Source: Octopus vulgaris (Eukaryota). Taken from it: a stretch of 64,000 nucleotides of DNA. Numbering within the stretch: position 1 is the first letter of the stretch; every line of letters starts with the position of its first letter. The notes beneath the pieces are model-generated. The model worked only from the letters and a program-made list of their open reading frames with translations, did no database searches and had not been told where the DNA came from. The position numbers were made by a program, and so were the translations under genes. Below are positions 38,866 through 53,658 of this stretch, piece after piece. The stretch lies in NCBI GenBank assembly GCA_951406725.2, contig OX597818.1, forward strand, positions 16,244,001 through 16,308,000. The letters are read 5' to 3'.

Positions 38866-40910
38866 ATTCTATGTTTGACTTTTGCTTTATGTCTGTACAA
38901 GTTGGCTCCAAGTCTCACCCAGAGACCTCAAGAGACAACAGGTTGGAAGTTCTGTGCCATATATTTTGTTTTTGTTTTTTTGGGGGGCGGGGTTGTACTA
39001 GTGAATGTCTTATACATAAAAAAAATTTTTTTTAAATAAAAAAATAAAATAAATAAAAAAAAATTTGTTTTAAACCTTGGGATTACATAGAGAGTATTTT
39101 GCGTAGGATATGAGCAGTTCCCATGAGCACTATCTTTTGAATTTCTGCCATTTTGGGGTTTCCTGGTATCTGAGTTAGGTAGCTATCAGCCCCTTTTGCT
39201 ATCATTCCCAGGGCACCTATGACAACAGGTATTGTTTTAGTCTTAAGCTTCCACATTTTGCTGATTTCTATTTCAAGATTTGCTCAGTTTTTGGTAGGTC
39301 TTGACAGATACGTTTATATCGATTGGGACAGTCATATCAATGAGGAGGCATGTTCTTTGTCTGAAGTCTTTCAATATGATGTCTGGCCTATTTGCATCTA
39401 TCTTCCTGTCAGTTTGAATGGTGAAGTTCCAGAGGAGTGAGATGTGGTCATTTTCAAGCACTGGAGGTGGATTGTGTTCCCACCATTTTTTTTTCATGGG
39501 ACAAATCCAGGTTTTTGCAAATTACCCAGTGAATATATTGTGCAGCTCTATCATGCCTGTTGAGATACTCTGTAGGCGCTAGAAGACTGCATTTGGAGAC
39601 AACTTGATCAATGGTTTCATTTTGTTGTCGGCATACACGACATGTTGGGCTACTGCCGTTCTTTAATATGTTGGCCTGGTAGTTTCTTGTTGGTAGGCAT
39701 TGATCTTGAGCTGCTATGATAAACCCCTCTGTTTCAGATTTTAAGCCAGAGGCCATTAGCCATTGATGGGTCAGGGCTTTGTCGATATCTGCATTATTCG
39801 CTCTCTTTGGGTATTTGCCATAGAGAGGTTTTTCTTGCTATTTATTATTCAGACATATCTAAGGCCGCAGTTTTGGCACGGGTTTTCATGCGCCTAGCTT
39901 TTTCTGTGCTTGTTTCTTGTATGTCTATCTCTAATTCCGAAATTGGCTGTATTCGGAATTCACTTAGATATTCCTTTGCCTGTTTTGTGACTGAATATGA
40001 TGCTTTCTTGTTTTCATGTTTTGAGACAAGTTTTAACATCCAGTCCTCAGAGTTTTTCAGGTAGGTGTCTAGGCCAATTGTAGCAATCTTCATTGTTATT
40101 GCCAGTTGCAAAAGACCACGGCCTCCCTCTTTTCTTGGCAGATAGAGTCGTTCTGTATATGCCTTAGGGTGGTGCATTCTATGCATTGTCAACAGTTTCC
40201 TTATTTTTCTGTCGAGCTGACATATTTCAGTAATTGACCAGTTAACACTATTGAAACTGTAAGTCACGACTGGTATGGCTAATGCATTGATCGCTTCGAT
40301 CCTGTTTCTTGCATTCAGCTCTGTCTTGAGTATTGCTCTCACTCTTCGATAGCATTCTCTCCTGATCCTTTCCTTCATCTCTGAATGTCTTATTCCGTTC
40401 CCTTCAATTACCCCTAGGTACTTGTAGCTCTCCGCTGGGTCTAGTTCTTTTATGACATTCTGCTAGTCAAGGTTAACGTTAGATGTTTCTGTCATTTTTC
40501 CTTTGATAAAGGTAGCTTTTGCACATTTATCGAGGCCGAATTGCATTCTGATGTCGTCACTGAATTGTTTGACTATCGCTAGTAAGCCCTTGAGTTGTTG
40601 GTCATTTTTTGCAAAAGGCTTTAAATCATCCATGTAAATGAGATGATTTATATTTTTATCAAACATTTTATACCCGTACTGCGCGTCATTGAGCAGCTTT
40701 GAGAGAGGTAGTAAGGATAAACAAAAGAGGAGTGGTGACAGTGAGTCACCCTGGAAAATGCCGCACAAAATTTTTACATCACCAGCATTTAGGGATTCAT
40801 TGTCACTGTTCAGAGTTAGTGTGGTTCTCCATGATCTCATACTTACAGTCAAGAAGTTTCGCAGAGTAGGTGCTATCTTATACATTTCCAGGCATTTCCT
40901 AATCCAGCCT
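38866..40910 (-). mobile_element. R4/Dong-like LINE, third family (Y), 5'-truncated
   Basis: GIFQGDSLSPLLFC, HLIYMDDLK, CCHC-type CRVC..ETID...C, RHD, WNFTIQTD...RPDII...LIDM; 3' end abuts (ATT)n. Confidence 0.9.
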
Positions 40911-40958
40911 TTTTATAGTCTATCCAGGCTATTGATAAGTTTTTGTGTAGTTTGTGTC

Positions 40959-41021
<63 letters not shown>

Positions 41022-41037
41022 TTTGTTGTTGTTGTTG

Positions 41038-41090
<53 letters not shown>

Positions 41091-41094
41091 TATT

Positions 41095-42095
41095 TTTAGT
41101 CTGCATGCTTGTTACAGTCACTTACTGAGACACTCCCAGCATCCTAGAGCGAGTGAAGGATAAGAGATGTTACAGTATGACTGAAAGTTTGGGGAGAGGA
41201 AGTGGCAGGGACAGTAGCGAAAGATCTTCATTTAGTACAACACAGACATTTAAATGAATAGGGTTTTTTTCTAAGGATGTGGGCAGTACTTGTCAGCACA
41301 ATCTTTTGGTTTTTTTCTGGTATATGGTTCTCCTGGGATATTGACTAGATCTTTCCGACATCTCTTTTTAATCATCCCTAGGGCACCCACAATAACAGGA
41401 ACAGTTCTCGCTTTAAGATGTCACATCTTTTGTATTTCAATTTCCAGGTCCTTACATTTACTTAATTTGTCAAATTCCTTCACAGATATATTTTTATCAT
41501 CTATCAGCCTACAAATATTTTCTTCTCAATCTCTAATGACTATGTCTGGTAGATTAGCCTGGCTCGTTCTGTCGGTGTTGACTGGTAAATCCCAGAGGAT
41601 AGTAACAATTTTACCTTCAACGTCTGGCTCAGGATGATGTTCATATCAATAAGCAGGAGTGATGATTTTGTAGTGTTTACATATTTTCCAATGTAAATAC
41701 TGTCCTACCCTATCGTGGCGACTTTTGTATTCGTTTGGTGTCAGCACAGGACATCCCGAGACGAGACGGTCTATTGTTTCATCAAATTTATTGCAGAATC
41801 TGCATTTAGAGTCAGAATGTTTTTGAAGATCGTTAGCCTAGCAGTTTTTGTAAGCAAGCTTTGATTTTGTGCCGCTAATAAGAAACCTTCAATCTCTGCT
41901 TTCAGTACTGAGCTTCTCGGTCACTGATGGGTTGTTGCTTGGTCTACATCAGCATTTCGGTTTCGAAGTATATACTGGCTATGCAGAGGCTTCTGGCTCC
42001 ACTGCTCCTCAGTTTGTTTCTGCCCGCTCTTTCTTGTTGTCTGTTTGATCCGTTTTTGTTTGTTTGGTGGCAGTAGTTTCAGATTCTTCATCTAA
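41095..42095 (-). mobile_element. R4/Dong-like LINE 3' fragment, fourth family
   Basis: CRFCNKFDETIDRLVSGC, RHDRVGQYLHW, ILWDLPVNTD, PVIVGALGMIK; flanked by (ATT)n. Confidence 0.8.
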
Positions 42096-42102
42096 TTATT
42101 AC

Positions 42103-42255
<153 letters not shown>

Positions 42256-42269
42256 CCTTATTATTATTA

Positions 42270-43950
42270 TTTTTTTTCTTTCAAATGTGCTTCCATTTCT
42301 TGCCGAGTGTCTTCCCGACTCCTAGGGCAAAGAAACTCATAGTATACATTGGTAGGCCATTAAACTAAACTCAATAGTTCATTCATTTAAAAAAAAAAAT
42401 TTTTAAGTTAAATTAAAATACATGGGTAGTAATAGTCCTCACATCGACAATGCTCTTCTCAATACGTGTGATGTACCAGTTAAGACAATCTTTTGCACTT
42501 CTTGCAGGAATGGTAAGCCAGGGATCATTCTCATATAATTTTCGGTTCCCTTCTTGATCATTCCTAGTGCTCCTACGATCACTGGTATTGTAACCGCCTT
42601 GAGATGCCACATTTTCTCAATTTCAATGAGTAGGTCTTTATATTTTCTGAGCTTGTCAAACTCTTTCGCTGAGATATTATGATCACAGGGGATGCTCATG
42701 TCGATCAATAAGCAAACTTTATTGTTTTGGTCTTTCACAATAATATCTGGTTTATTGGCTTTGATGGTTCGGTCTGTATGTACTGGAAAGTCCCACAGAA
42801 TCGTTACATTTTCTCCTTCAGTTACAGCTTCAGGGTGGTGATTATACTACTTGTCGGCAGTTTTGATATTGCAATGCCGACTTATTAGCCAGTGTAGATA
42901 TTGGCCAACTCTGTCATGTCTTAATTTATACTCCACTGGTGCTAAGACTTCACATCCAGAGATTAGGTGGTCCACTGTTTCAATCATGTCGTTGCAGAAT
43001 CGGCATTTTGGGTCTGCTCCATTTTTCATCACATTGGCCTGGTAGTTCCGGGTTAATAGGCTTTGATCTTGAGCAGCCAGGATGAAACCTTCGCTCTCTG
43101 CTTTTAGCCCTGAGCTCCGTAGCCACTGATCGGTTTGCTTCTGGTCAACATCAGCTTGTTTGCTGCGGGCCACATATTTGCCGTGCAGAGGTTTCTCCCC
43201 CCACCTATAAGCCAATTGCTCGTGCGCTTTTTTCGTTGTCATTATTTTCACCTTCTTTGCAACAATAGTTGCCGTACTTCCCTCGGGTTGTTCAGTTTGG
43301 GTATCCTGCACGAGATCAATAGCAAATTTTTTGCTTTCCTTTATGATAGAATGAAGCTTCTTTCGTCTCTCGTGATTTTCCACGAGCTTTAGCATCCAGT
43401 CATTCGTTATTTCAAGATATTTGGCCAGTCCAATTGTGGTTGTTTTGTAAGCTAGTTCAAATTGGATCAGGCCTCGACCTCCTTGGGCTCTGGGAAGGTA
43501 AAGGCGATCTACGTCTGCCTTTGGGCGGTGCATCCTATTACAACTCAGCAGCTTGCGTATTTTCCTATCTATATTCTTTACTTCACTCATATTCCAGTTC
43601 AACACATTGTAGCTCTAAAGTAACAACTGGAACTGCTAAGGAATTTATAGCTAACACCTTGTTACGTGCATTTAGTTCAGATTTCAGGACTGCACGAATT
43701 CTCCTATAACATTCCTTCCTGATTTTCTCTTTCATGCTTGCATGCTGAATACCAGAGCCTTCATTTATCCCTAAATATTTGTATGTTTGTTCTTGCTCAA
43801 GCTCTCTTATGACTGTGTCAACATCTAACACGACTGAATTTGTGGTCTTCACTTTCCCTTTCTGGAAAGTGGCCTTGGCACACTTCTCAAGTCCAAACTC
43901 CATCCCGATGTCATCGCTGAATGCTTTCACGGTGCGCAATAGGCCTTCAA

Positions 43951-44042
<92 letters not shown>

Positions 44043-45925
44043 CATTATTATTATTATTATTATTATCATCATTATCATTATTATTATTCTATGTTTGACT
44101 TTTGCTTTATATTTGTACAAGGTGGCTCCAAGTCTCACCCATAGACCTCAAGAGACAACAGGTTGGAAGTTCATGTTGTTGTTATGCCTAGTGTACCATA
44201 TATTTGGTTTTGTATTTAGTGCTCTACTAGTGAATGTCTAAAAAAATACAAAAATTATGTTTGTTTTAAAACTTGAGATTACAGAGAAAGTATTTTACGT
44301 AGGATATGAACAGTTCCCATGAGCACTCTCTTTTGAATTTCTGCCATTTTGGGGTTTCCTGGTATCTGAGTTAGGTAGCAATCAGCCCCTTTTGCTATCA
44401 TTCCCAGGGTACCTATGACAACAGGTATTGTTTTAGTCTTCAGCTTCCACATTTTGCTGATTTCTATTTCAAGATCAGAGCCTTCATTTATCCCTAAATA
44501 TTTGTATGTTTGTTCTTGCTCAAGCTCTCTTATGACTGTGTCAACATCTAACACGACTGAATTTGTGGTCTTCACTTTCCCTTTCTGGAAAGTGGCCTTG
44601 GCACACTTCTCAAGTCCAAACTCCATCTCGATGTCATCGCTGAATGCTTTCACAGTGCGCAATAGGCCTTCAAGTTCATTATTGTCTTTACTATAGAGTT
44701 TTAAGTCATCCATATAAAATAGATGGCTTATTTTTTTATTGGCAATTTTATACCCATACCCTGTTCTGTTTAATTCACTTGTAAGGGGTATTAGGGCTAT
44801 GCAGAATATTAAAGGTGAAAGTGAGTCACCTTGAAAAATTCCACAGTTGATGTTTATATTTTCTGAGGCAAGTACTCCATTAGAGTGGTATAATTGGAGA
44901 TTCGTATTCCACAACGACATATTGTGCTTCAGGAAGCTTGAAATCACAGGGGAAATTTTGAAGATGTCCAGCGATCTCAAGATCCATGGATGCGGTATAC
45001 TGTCGAAGACCTTTTTATAGTCAATCCATGCGGAGCTGAGATTTCTGCGCTTGTTGTGACAGTTCTCGAGGATCATACGATTAATTAGCAGTTGATCTTT
45101 GCATCCTTATGAGCCTCGGCGGCACCCTTTTTGTTCAATGGGGAAAATATCGTTCTTCTCCATGAATGCATGTTTTCTCCGCCAGGATAGATGTTAGGAT
45201 TTTATACGTGGTAGATAGACAGGTTATAGGCCGATAGTTTTTTGGAAGGTTGATTTCGTTATTCTTTGGGAGTAGGTAAGTAATACCACTTGCTAACCAT
45301 TCAGGTGTTTTCTTTGGGTCTCTCATAATTCCATTGAGCAGCTGAACGAGCTTACCATGTGCGCATGGGAGCGATGCGAGCCAGAAATTCGGCACCCTAT
45401 CTTTACCGGGAGATTTCCAATTATGGGCCTTGTGAGTGCCTTTCTTAGGTCTGCTTCCCATGCTTGTTGTTGTAAATTTTGGTAGGATCCTTCAGTTTGT
45501 ATAATCCAGTCTGCATGTTGTACGTCTTCTTGTCACTCCAAATCCTTTTCCAAAAGTTTTGAACTTCTTCCATGGGAGGGGGGTCTTTAACGGTTACTTT
45601 CTCCTTCCCTATTTCTCTGTAGAATTTTTTGGCATTGAATGTGAACAGCTTATTTTGCTTGTAAAACTTGTTTCTCTTCTCAAATCTTCGTATTCTTTGG
45701 GCTTTTTCTTGGACTTTTTGTTTCAGCATTTCTTTTATTGATATCAGTTCTTCTCTTGGTGAGGATCCAAATTTTCTCTTCATCTTTCTTCCTGTTCTGG
45801 ATCTTACATCATTTCCACATATTAGTTCATTTAATATTGATATTTCCCCTCTCATAAATTCAATCTCTTTTTCAATTTTACTTCTCCAGGTTTGATTTCT
45901 TCCCAGGTTTGGTTTTCTTTGCTTA
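42270..45925 (-). mobile_element. R4/Dong-like LINE, fifth family (W), split by a nested insertion at 43954-44475
   Basis: NWKSPGKD, NYRPITCL, WIDYKKVFDSIPH, GIFQGDSLSP, HLFYMDDLKLY, CRFCNDMIETVDHLISGC, RHD, LIDMSIP, in order across ORFs 45855 to 42439. Confidence 0.9.
43954..44475 (-). mobile_element. Family-Y LINE 3' end with (TAA)n tail nested in the family-W LINE, flanked by 201-bp direct repeats
   Basis: 44088-44475 matches 38866-39280; direct repeats 43753-43953 and 44476-44676 differ at 2 positions. Confidence 0.85.
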
Positions 45926-45945
45926 TTGTTATTATTATTATTATT

Positions 45946-46333
45946 ATTTTATGTTTGACTTTTGCTTTATGTCTGTACAAGTTGGCTCCAAGTCTCACCC
46001 AGAGACCTCAAGAGACAACAGGTTGGAAGTTCTGTGCTATATATTTGGGTTTATTTATTTATTTTTTTTTTGGTGTTGTACTAGTGAATGTCTAATACAT
46101 AAAAAAAAAATAAAATAAAATAAAATAAAATAAATAAATAAAAAAAAGTTTGTTTTAAACCTTGGGATTACATAGAGAGTATTTTGCGTAGGATATGAGC
46201 AGTTCCCATGAGCACTATCTTTTGAATTTCTGCCATTTTGGGGTTTCCCGGTATCTGAGTTAGGTAGCAATTAGTCCCTTTCGCTATCATTCCCAGAGCA
46301 CCTATGACAACAGGTATTGTTTTAGTCTTCAGC
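45946..46333 (-). mobile_element. Family-Y LINE 3' end (third copy)
   Basis: Near-identical to 38866-39250; flanked by (ATT)n. Confidence 0.85.
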
Positions 46334-46438
<105 letters not shown>

Positions 46439-46465
46439 TAATAATAATAATAATACTGCTATCAC

Positions 46466-46546
<81 letters not shown>

Positions 46547-46740
46547 GGCGGTGAGCTGGCAGAATCATTAGCACGCCGCGTCTTCACGTTCAGAGTTCGA
46601 ATTCCGCTGAGGTCGACTTTGCCTTTAATCCTTTCAGAGTCAAACAAAATAAGTACCAGTTAAGCACTGAGATCGATCTAATCGACTTAACCTCCCTCCC
46701 CCCCCCCAACAATACTTGGTCTTGTACCAAAATTTGAAAT
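46547..46740 (+). mobile_element. SINE family A
   Basis: ggcggtgagctggcagaatcattagcacgcc...gagttcgaattccgctgaggtcgactttgcc. Confidence 0.8.
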
Positions 46741-48231
46741 TAATATTAGTCTAATTCTTCTGCAGCATTCTTTTCTAATTTTCTCTTTCGTTACCCTACC
46801 TTGTAAGCTGTTTCATTTTTTCTTGTGTGATTTTTTATGGGTGATAGTGGTCTAATTTTCTAACCTCAATGTTTGTCTCATGTAATATTCTTAATGTTAA
46901 TTAATTTTCCTCGTTTTAAATTCTCTTTGGATCATTTGTCTAATCCCATATCGATCCTTATGGCTGCTGACGCTATGGACAATTTTCGGATAGTTTCTAG
47001 TTCGCTGCTATTCCTTGCAAATATTTTTAAGTGATCCATACAGAAACGATTTATATTTTGACGATGGTGGTGTCTCTCAATAGATTCAGTGGAGGCATTA
47101 AAGAAATGCAAAAAAGTAGGGGCGAATCAACGAGTTTCGAACGAAAATTCTTATGGCTATTGAGCTGGTTTTGATACTGTTTTCAATATTATGTTAGTTT
47201 TTTGTTGTTGATGTTTCTGTAAAATCATTTAGATTGTTACCTGGAATTGTTTATTTTCTTAGCAGAATCGTTTGTACTTTTCGTAGCATTTGATGTGACA
47301 ATTTTTTTGTTGATGTGCTCCGTTTGAGTTATCTTTTGCTTCATATATGATATTGCTTTGTCACTTGAGCCCTGTTCATCTGTGTGACTCTGGTTGCCTG
47401 CGAATCCATACGTCAGAACCGTATTCGTGTATTTGTCATGATGTTGAGTGTATTAATATTTAAAATACAGTGTCAGAGATCTAGTCGAGCAGTATTTTAT
47501 CTATTTGTTTAAGCATGCGAGATAGAGAAGTACCTTAAGTAAAAGTGATGGTAGAAGAATATGGTGAAGGCTGTCTACTGCGAGGGATTAGGGATGTCAC
47601 ATCAAATTGCTCAGTGTTGTGAAAATCGGATTAAAAAAAACCCACGAGAGAAGTTCGTTGAGGAATTTAATGAAGAGTTATTACCCTTGCACAATGATCA
47701 GAATGTTTTCACGGAACAAAAATAGTCTGTAGAGAGGGTTTCGCGGATTCCACTCCAGAAAGAAGACGGGCAGAAAGAAGAGGAGAGGTGAAGGTTAATC
47801 TTAATATAAGGGGCGGAAATGTAGGTGTATATGTATGTCAATATCAGAGTAAGTCAGGACTCCATGATAGATCGTTAGCTACTACATACATTTTTTTTCT
47901 TTCCTTGTTTCTCTCCTTGTTTTTTTTTCTGTGTATCTTTCTGTCGAAGAGCGTAGGCTCGAAACGCAAAAGACTTTTTCTATTCCTGAGCGCTATACTT
48001 ATACATTTGTTTGTTTGTACTCCACCTGCCTTCGTCTTTTGTTTAGTTTCGTAAACTTTCCCTTAATGACTGAGATACGTGAGTTTTTGAAGAGTTGCCT
48101 CCCTTAGAATAAAGTTTTCCTAAGGAATTTAGTGATTCTTTTAGCATTTTCAGTAATCAGACTGCGACCAAGCTGGGCCAGCGCCTTGAAGAAGCTTAGT
48201 CAAACTAATCGACACTGGTAGGGCAACAAAA

Positions 48232-50930
48232 CCACCATTCGGTCTCTGGTAGATGAACGGGGGCGCGAATTGCTCGAGCCAAGTAAAATGTGTGAGGCCT
48301 ATCAACAGCATTTTGCCCGACTGTTCGGGACGAGTGGCGGGCAAGAACGTAGGGTGGACTTCAGTGCCTACCTACACAGCCTACCACGACTCTCGACAAG
48401 AGAGGCAGGGTGCTGCGAAGGTGCCATCACGGCGGCGGAAGTGCAGGACGCGATGGCAGAATGCTCGAGGGACAAATCGCCGGGTTTGGATGGTCTACCC
48501 TACGAGCTTTACAGTTGTATGCCAGACTTGTTTGGAGACGTCTTGGCAGCGGTGTACTGCAACTGGCAGCAAAACGGGAGCATTCCAGGTTTTGTGAGCC
48601 GAGGAGCCGTAACACTGCTGAAGAAAGATCTAAACAAGGGAAATGTAATAGATAACTTTAGGCCCATCACTCTGCTTAATGCAGACTTGAAAATTTTGGC
48701 CAAGGTGTTAGCCAAGAGGTTGGCGCTTGTCATCGAGAAACTGGTCGACAAGGCGCAAATGTGCGCTGTGCCGGGCCGGACCATCCATGACAATCTGCAC
48801 CTGATGCGCTACATCATAGACAGGGTAGTTAACGAACCTGGCATGGGTGGGGCGCTGATCAATTTGGATCAATCGAAAGCTTTCGATAGGGTAGGCCATC
48901 GATACTTGGAGGCAGTCCTCAAAGCGGCTGGTTACGGTCCCGTCTTCCGCGGCTGGATAGCCGCTTTGTACAGAGGCATCCGTTCGGTAATTCGCGTAAA
49001 TGGACATCTATCGAGACCTTTCGACATCGCACGTTCGGTTCGTCAGGGATGCCCCCCCTCGACGCTTCTATACGTATTGACTCTCGAGCCACTATTGCGG
49101 AAGCTAGCAACTCTGAGGGGCATCCCGCGAGAACTGGGATGCGGGACGAGCGTGTCTGCATACGCGGACGACGTCACCGTCATAGTGTCTAGCCACGAGC
49201 ACATCGAGCAGGTCGGCGAGACACTGAAAAACTACGAAACGGTGACAGGAGCAAAAATCAACCGGGAAAAGTCAGTGGGCTTGCGACTAGGCACCTGGAG
49301 AAGCAAGCCCATACTGTCCACCAGCGCCTCCGTTGTGGGACGCTGGACCGACGGTCCGGTCGAGTTGCTCGGGGTCTGGTTCGGTCCGGACCTTCAAATG
49401 GAGAAGAACTGGAACGAGATAACGAGTAAGGTGGTCACTCTCGCTCGGCAATGGGCCGAGAGGAAACTGTCCCTAAAAGGTCGGGCGGAGGTGGAGAATA
49501 CGTACATCGCGTCCGTCATCTACTATCGCCTGACCGTCGTGCCTTGTCCCGACCCTACCATCACCAAACTAGAACGCATTCTCTTTCGCTTCTTATGGAA
49601 AGGATGCGTCCCGATGGTCAGGCGATCCATTTGCTGTCAACACCCGTTAAAAGGAGGACTGGGCATGCCGTGGTTGATGATGCGCAGACACGCGCTGAGA
49701 CTGCGACATCTCAGGCTCTTCGTAGACGACGGTGAACAGGTGTGGTCGCCGTTTGCGAGGCACGCTTTCCCGCAGCTCGTCTCCATGACCGAACTGCAAT
49801 CGTGGATCAAAAAGAGGCCGAGGAAGGTCGAATGGCAGCGCAAGTGTCGCGTTGCTCTCAAGCAACTCTGCCGTCCTGGGTCAACCTTGAGTGATCCATC
49901 ACAACCAAAGCATTCTATAGGGGATTAGTGGAGGGGAGGTACGACGACGAGCTCGGGGCGAACTTGGACGTCGACGAGGAATACCTGACCCGCCTGTTCG
50001 GGACGACTTTCGGGCCAGGGCCAATGGACAACTTCCAGAGATCCCTGGCCTGGCAGTGCTACCGTGAAGCGCTACCTGTTCGGGATAAGCTCTACAGACA
50101 CGGCTCGAGAAACACGGGGCCGACCTGCCCGAGATGCGGTCAGAGCGACGAAACCGTTCTGCACGCACTCGTGCAGTGTCCAACAATTTTCGACCTGTGG
50201 GCTTATGTCGAACAACTGCTGTCACGTGTGGGACGAGTCGGTTTATCAGCTGAGTCTATTGTCAATATTGTCACGCCTCCTTCCTTCAAACGGGAAGGAA
50301 GAGCTATTTTCATCATCCTTGTGGCTATGGCGAAAGAATGTATCTGGTGGACGCGTCTGAAAGGATTGGAGACAAACACTTTCCTCTCTGGTCAACCTCT
50401 CATCAACTTCTTCAAGTACCACTTGAAAAGGAAAGTGAGAGTAGAGAGGCAAGTTTTGTCTAGCGAACATTTTAAAAAAAGATGGGTGAATGTAGCAATG
50501 ATGGCACGTATGAATGACGAAGCCACCTTGAGCATAATCCTATGAACCCAGAAATTGAAAACAGAGGGTTACCCACTTGCAAACAAATGTGGTAACATAT
50601 AACAATATTGACCAAGGTTCTTCCCACGGATAAACCTTACTTGCTTTCCCCTTTACACCATACATATTGACACTGTGATACACGATCCCTATTGATCGTT
50701 TTCTTTTCCTCTTCCCCTTTTTTTCCTCTTTTTTCTTCTTTTTCATTTTTCTTTTCCTTTGTTCCTTTTCCCTTTTTTCTTTTTTCTTTTCCTATTTTTT
50801 GTTCTTTTTCCCTTTTACGATCCCTTTTGATCGAAAACCTACGCCACCCTTTTTTTTTCATCCCGCCCAAAAAGCTCTACCTTGTAACTTGTCCCATCTG
50901 TGTGCAGCCCTGTGTGGCCAATAAAGAAAC
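48232..50930 (+). mobile_element. Young 5'-truncated L1/Tx1-clade LINE (ORF2 RT + CCHC finger, one frameshift near 49895)
   Basis: ORF 48270-49928 with KSPGLDGLP, NFRPITLLNADLKILAK, LDQSKAFDRV, VRQGCP, AYADD, GGLGMP; continues in 49928-50545 with CPRC...ETVLHALVQC; pyrimidine-rich 3' UTR with AATAAA; visibly GC-richer than the host. Confidence 0.92.
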
Positions 50931-50954
50931 TTATCTTCTTGTCTGTCTGTCTAT

Positions 50955-51667
<713 letters not shown>

Positions 51668-52169
51668 CGATTCGATTTATTATTATTATTACTAGTATTG
51701 TTGTTATACATACATACATACATACAAACATATGTAATGATAATAATAAGTGGATGTAAACACATGAACAAAATAAGAATAAACAAAAAACAACAACAAA
51801 AACAAAATACAAATTACATGAACGCATATAAACAGAAGATACAAATATTACAGGCATCCCCCCACAGACATACACTAAATAAACATAGACGCACATAGAG
51901 ATATAAGCATGCGCAAATGAAAACATACAATAGAAATACAAAATGGCTGACGGTTAGTAAGGAGAGACACAAATAAGAAAGAAGAAAACAAAGGACCACT
52001 GATGCAGTCACAGGAGTGTGACGAAAGAACTCTGGCCAAAATAAGATTAAGATTAATGTAAAAAATAAATAACACTGAAGCAAAATAACACCAAATGTAT
52101 AGTGCGTGTGTTTTTATTGGCTAAACTGGCAATATAACCATTCCAAAATATAACAATATATATATATAT

Positions 52170-52240
<71 letters not shown>

Positions 52241-52384
52241 TACATATATTATATATATATATATGCATATATATAGATATATATTTGTATGTATATGTAT
52301 GTATATATATATATGTGTGTGAGTGTGTGTACAGATATATATTTATATATATTTGTATGTATGTATATACATACTTTGTGTTTG

Positions 52385-52889
52385 GTAGGATCATAAAGGC
52401 ATTATTTATTGAGCATTATTCTGCTGTGCACTGGTATTAACTAGCTAATTTGAACAAAGAAAAAATCAAGGAATTGAGGCCGGAGATTGCCAACTGGAAT
52501 GGAGTAGTGTTCCAACAAGACAATGCCCGACCACATGTGTCTTTGGCTATCCGAACAAAGTTACATAATCTTGGCTGGGATCTCTTACTCCATCCACCAT
52601 ATTTTTCTGGTATTGCACCACCCGACTACCACTTAGTTTTGTCTCTACAGAACTCATTGCAAGAAAAAGCATTTAACGAATTAGACGGAGTCAAAATGCA
52701 TCTAGATAACATATTTGATTAAAAACCGGTCAAATTTTATGCTGATAGAATATTTGAATTGCCTGATAGATGGACAAAGACCATTAATAATAAAGGAAAC
52801 TATTTCATGGAATAAAACTTATCGAAAAGTCAATTATTTATGTCTCATTTTGCATATAAAAAATGCTCAGAACTTTCCGGACAACCTAA
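52385..52889 (+). mobile_element. Mariner transposase 3' fragment with right TIR
   Basis: FQQDNARPH...LHPPYFSGIAPPDYHL (YSPDLAP-like); ends aactttccggacaacctaa|TA. Confidence 0.8.
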
Positions 52890-52914
52890 TACATACATCA
52901 ATACAAACATACAA

Positions 52915-53573
52915 CTATTCTGAACGGACTCCTTGTTTAAGTTGGTGAAATGCTGGCATAGTTCTTGCCTTTATCTTCGGTACACCCCACACATAATACT
53001 CAAAGGGGTTGCAGTCTGGGGAGTTACTTGGCCAGATGTTAAGGGTGATGTGGTCGCAGAAATTGACTGACAGCCATGCATGGTCTATCCTGCTTGTGTG
53101 GCATAGTGCAGAGTCTTGTTGCCAGACATAAGGTCTTCCAGCAGCCACCCTTTTCACCCAGAGCAGCCCTACCGTCTCCAGACATTTGATGTAGGCCTCC
53201 GTGTTGAGTCTGAGGCCGTGTGGAAAGAGGAATTGGGGCATAAGGACGTCATCACTAATGATCACTCCAAACACCATGATGTTGAATGGATGTTTAATTT
53301 TTATCACTCTCGGTACATGTCTTCAGATTGCACTGTCCTCAGATTGGCACCCAAACACTGAAATGTTCGTATTGGAGCTTCCAGCGTGAATGCCAAGCAG
53401 TACATCTTGTTTTTAAATTTCTGTGAGAGTGAATTGCGTCATGGTGCTATTTTTCTCACAGTCGGTGCGCAACTGACCCTACTATACCGTATAGCCGACA
53501 AAATCAAAAACAAACTATGCGCCTACGCGAAATTAGAAATATAAAATGGCAGCAACTTATCCATCCCGCTCTG

Positions 53574-53575
<2 letters not shown>
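52915..53575 (-). mobile_element. Tc1/mariner-superfamily (maT/DD37D-like) transposase remnant
   Basis: IMVFGVI...YVWQQDSALCHTS...WPSNSPDCNPFEYYVWG. Confidence 0.75.
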
Positions 53576-53641
<66 letters not shown>

Positions 53642-53658
53642 GTATATATATATATATG

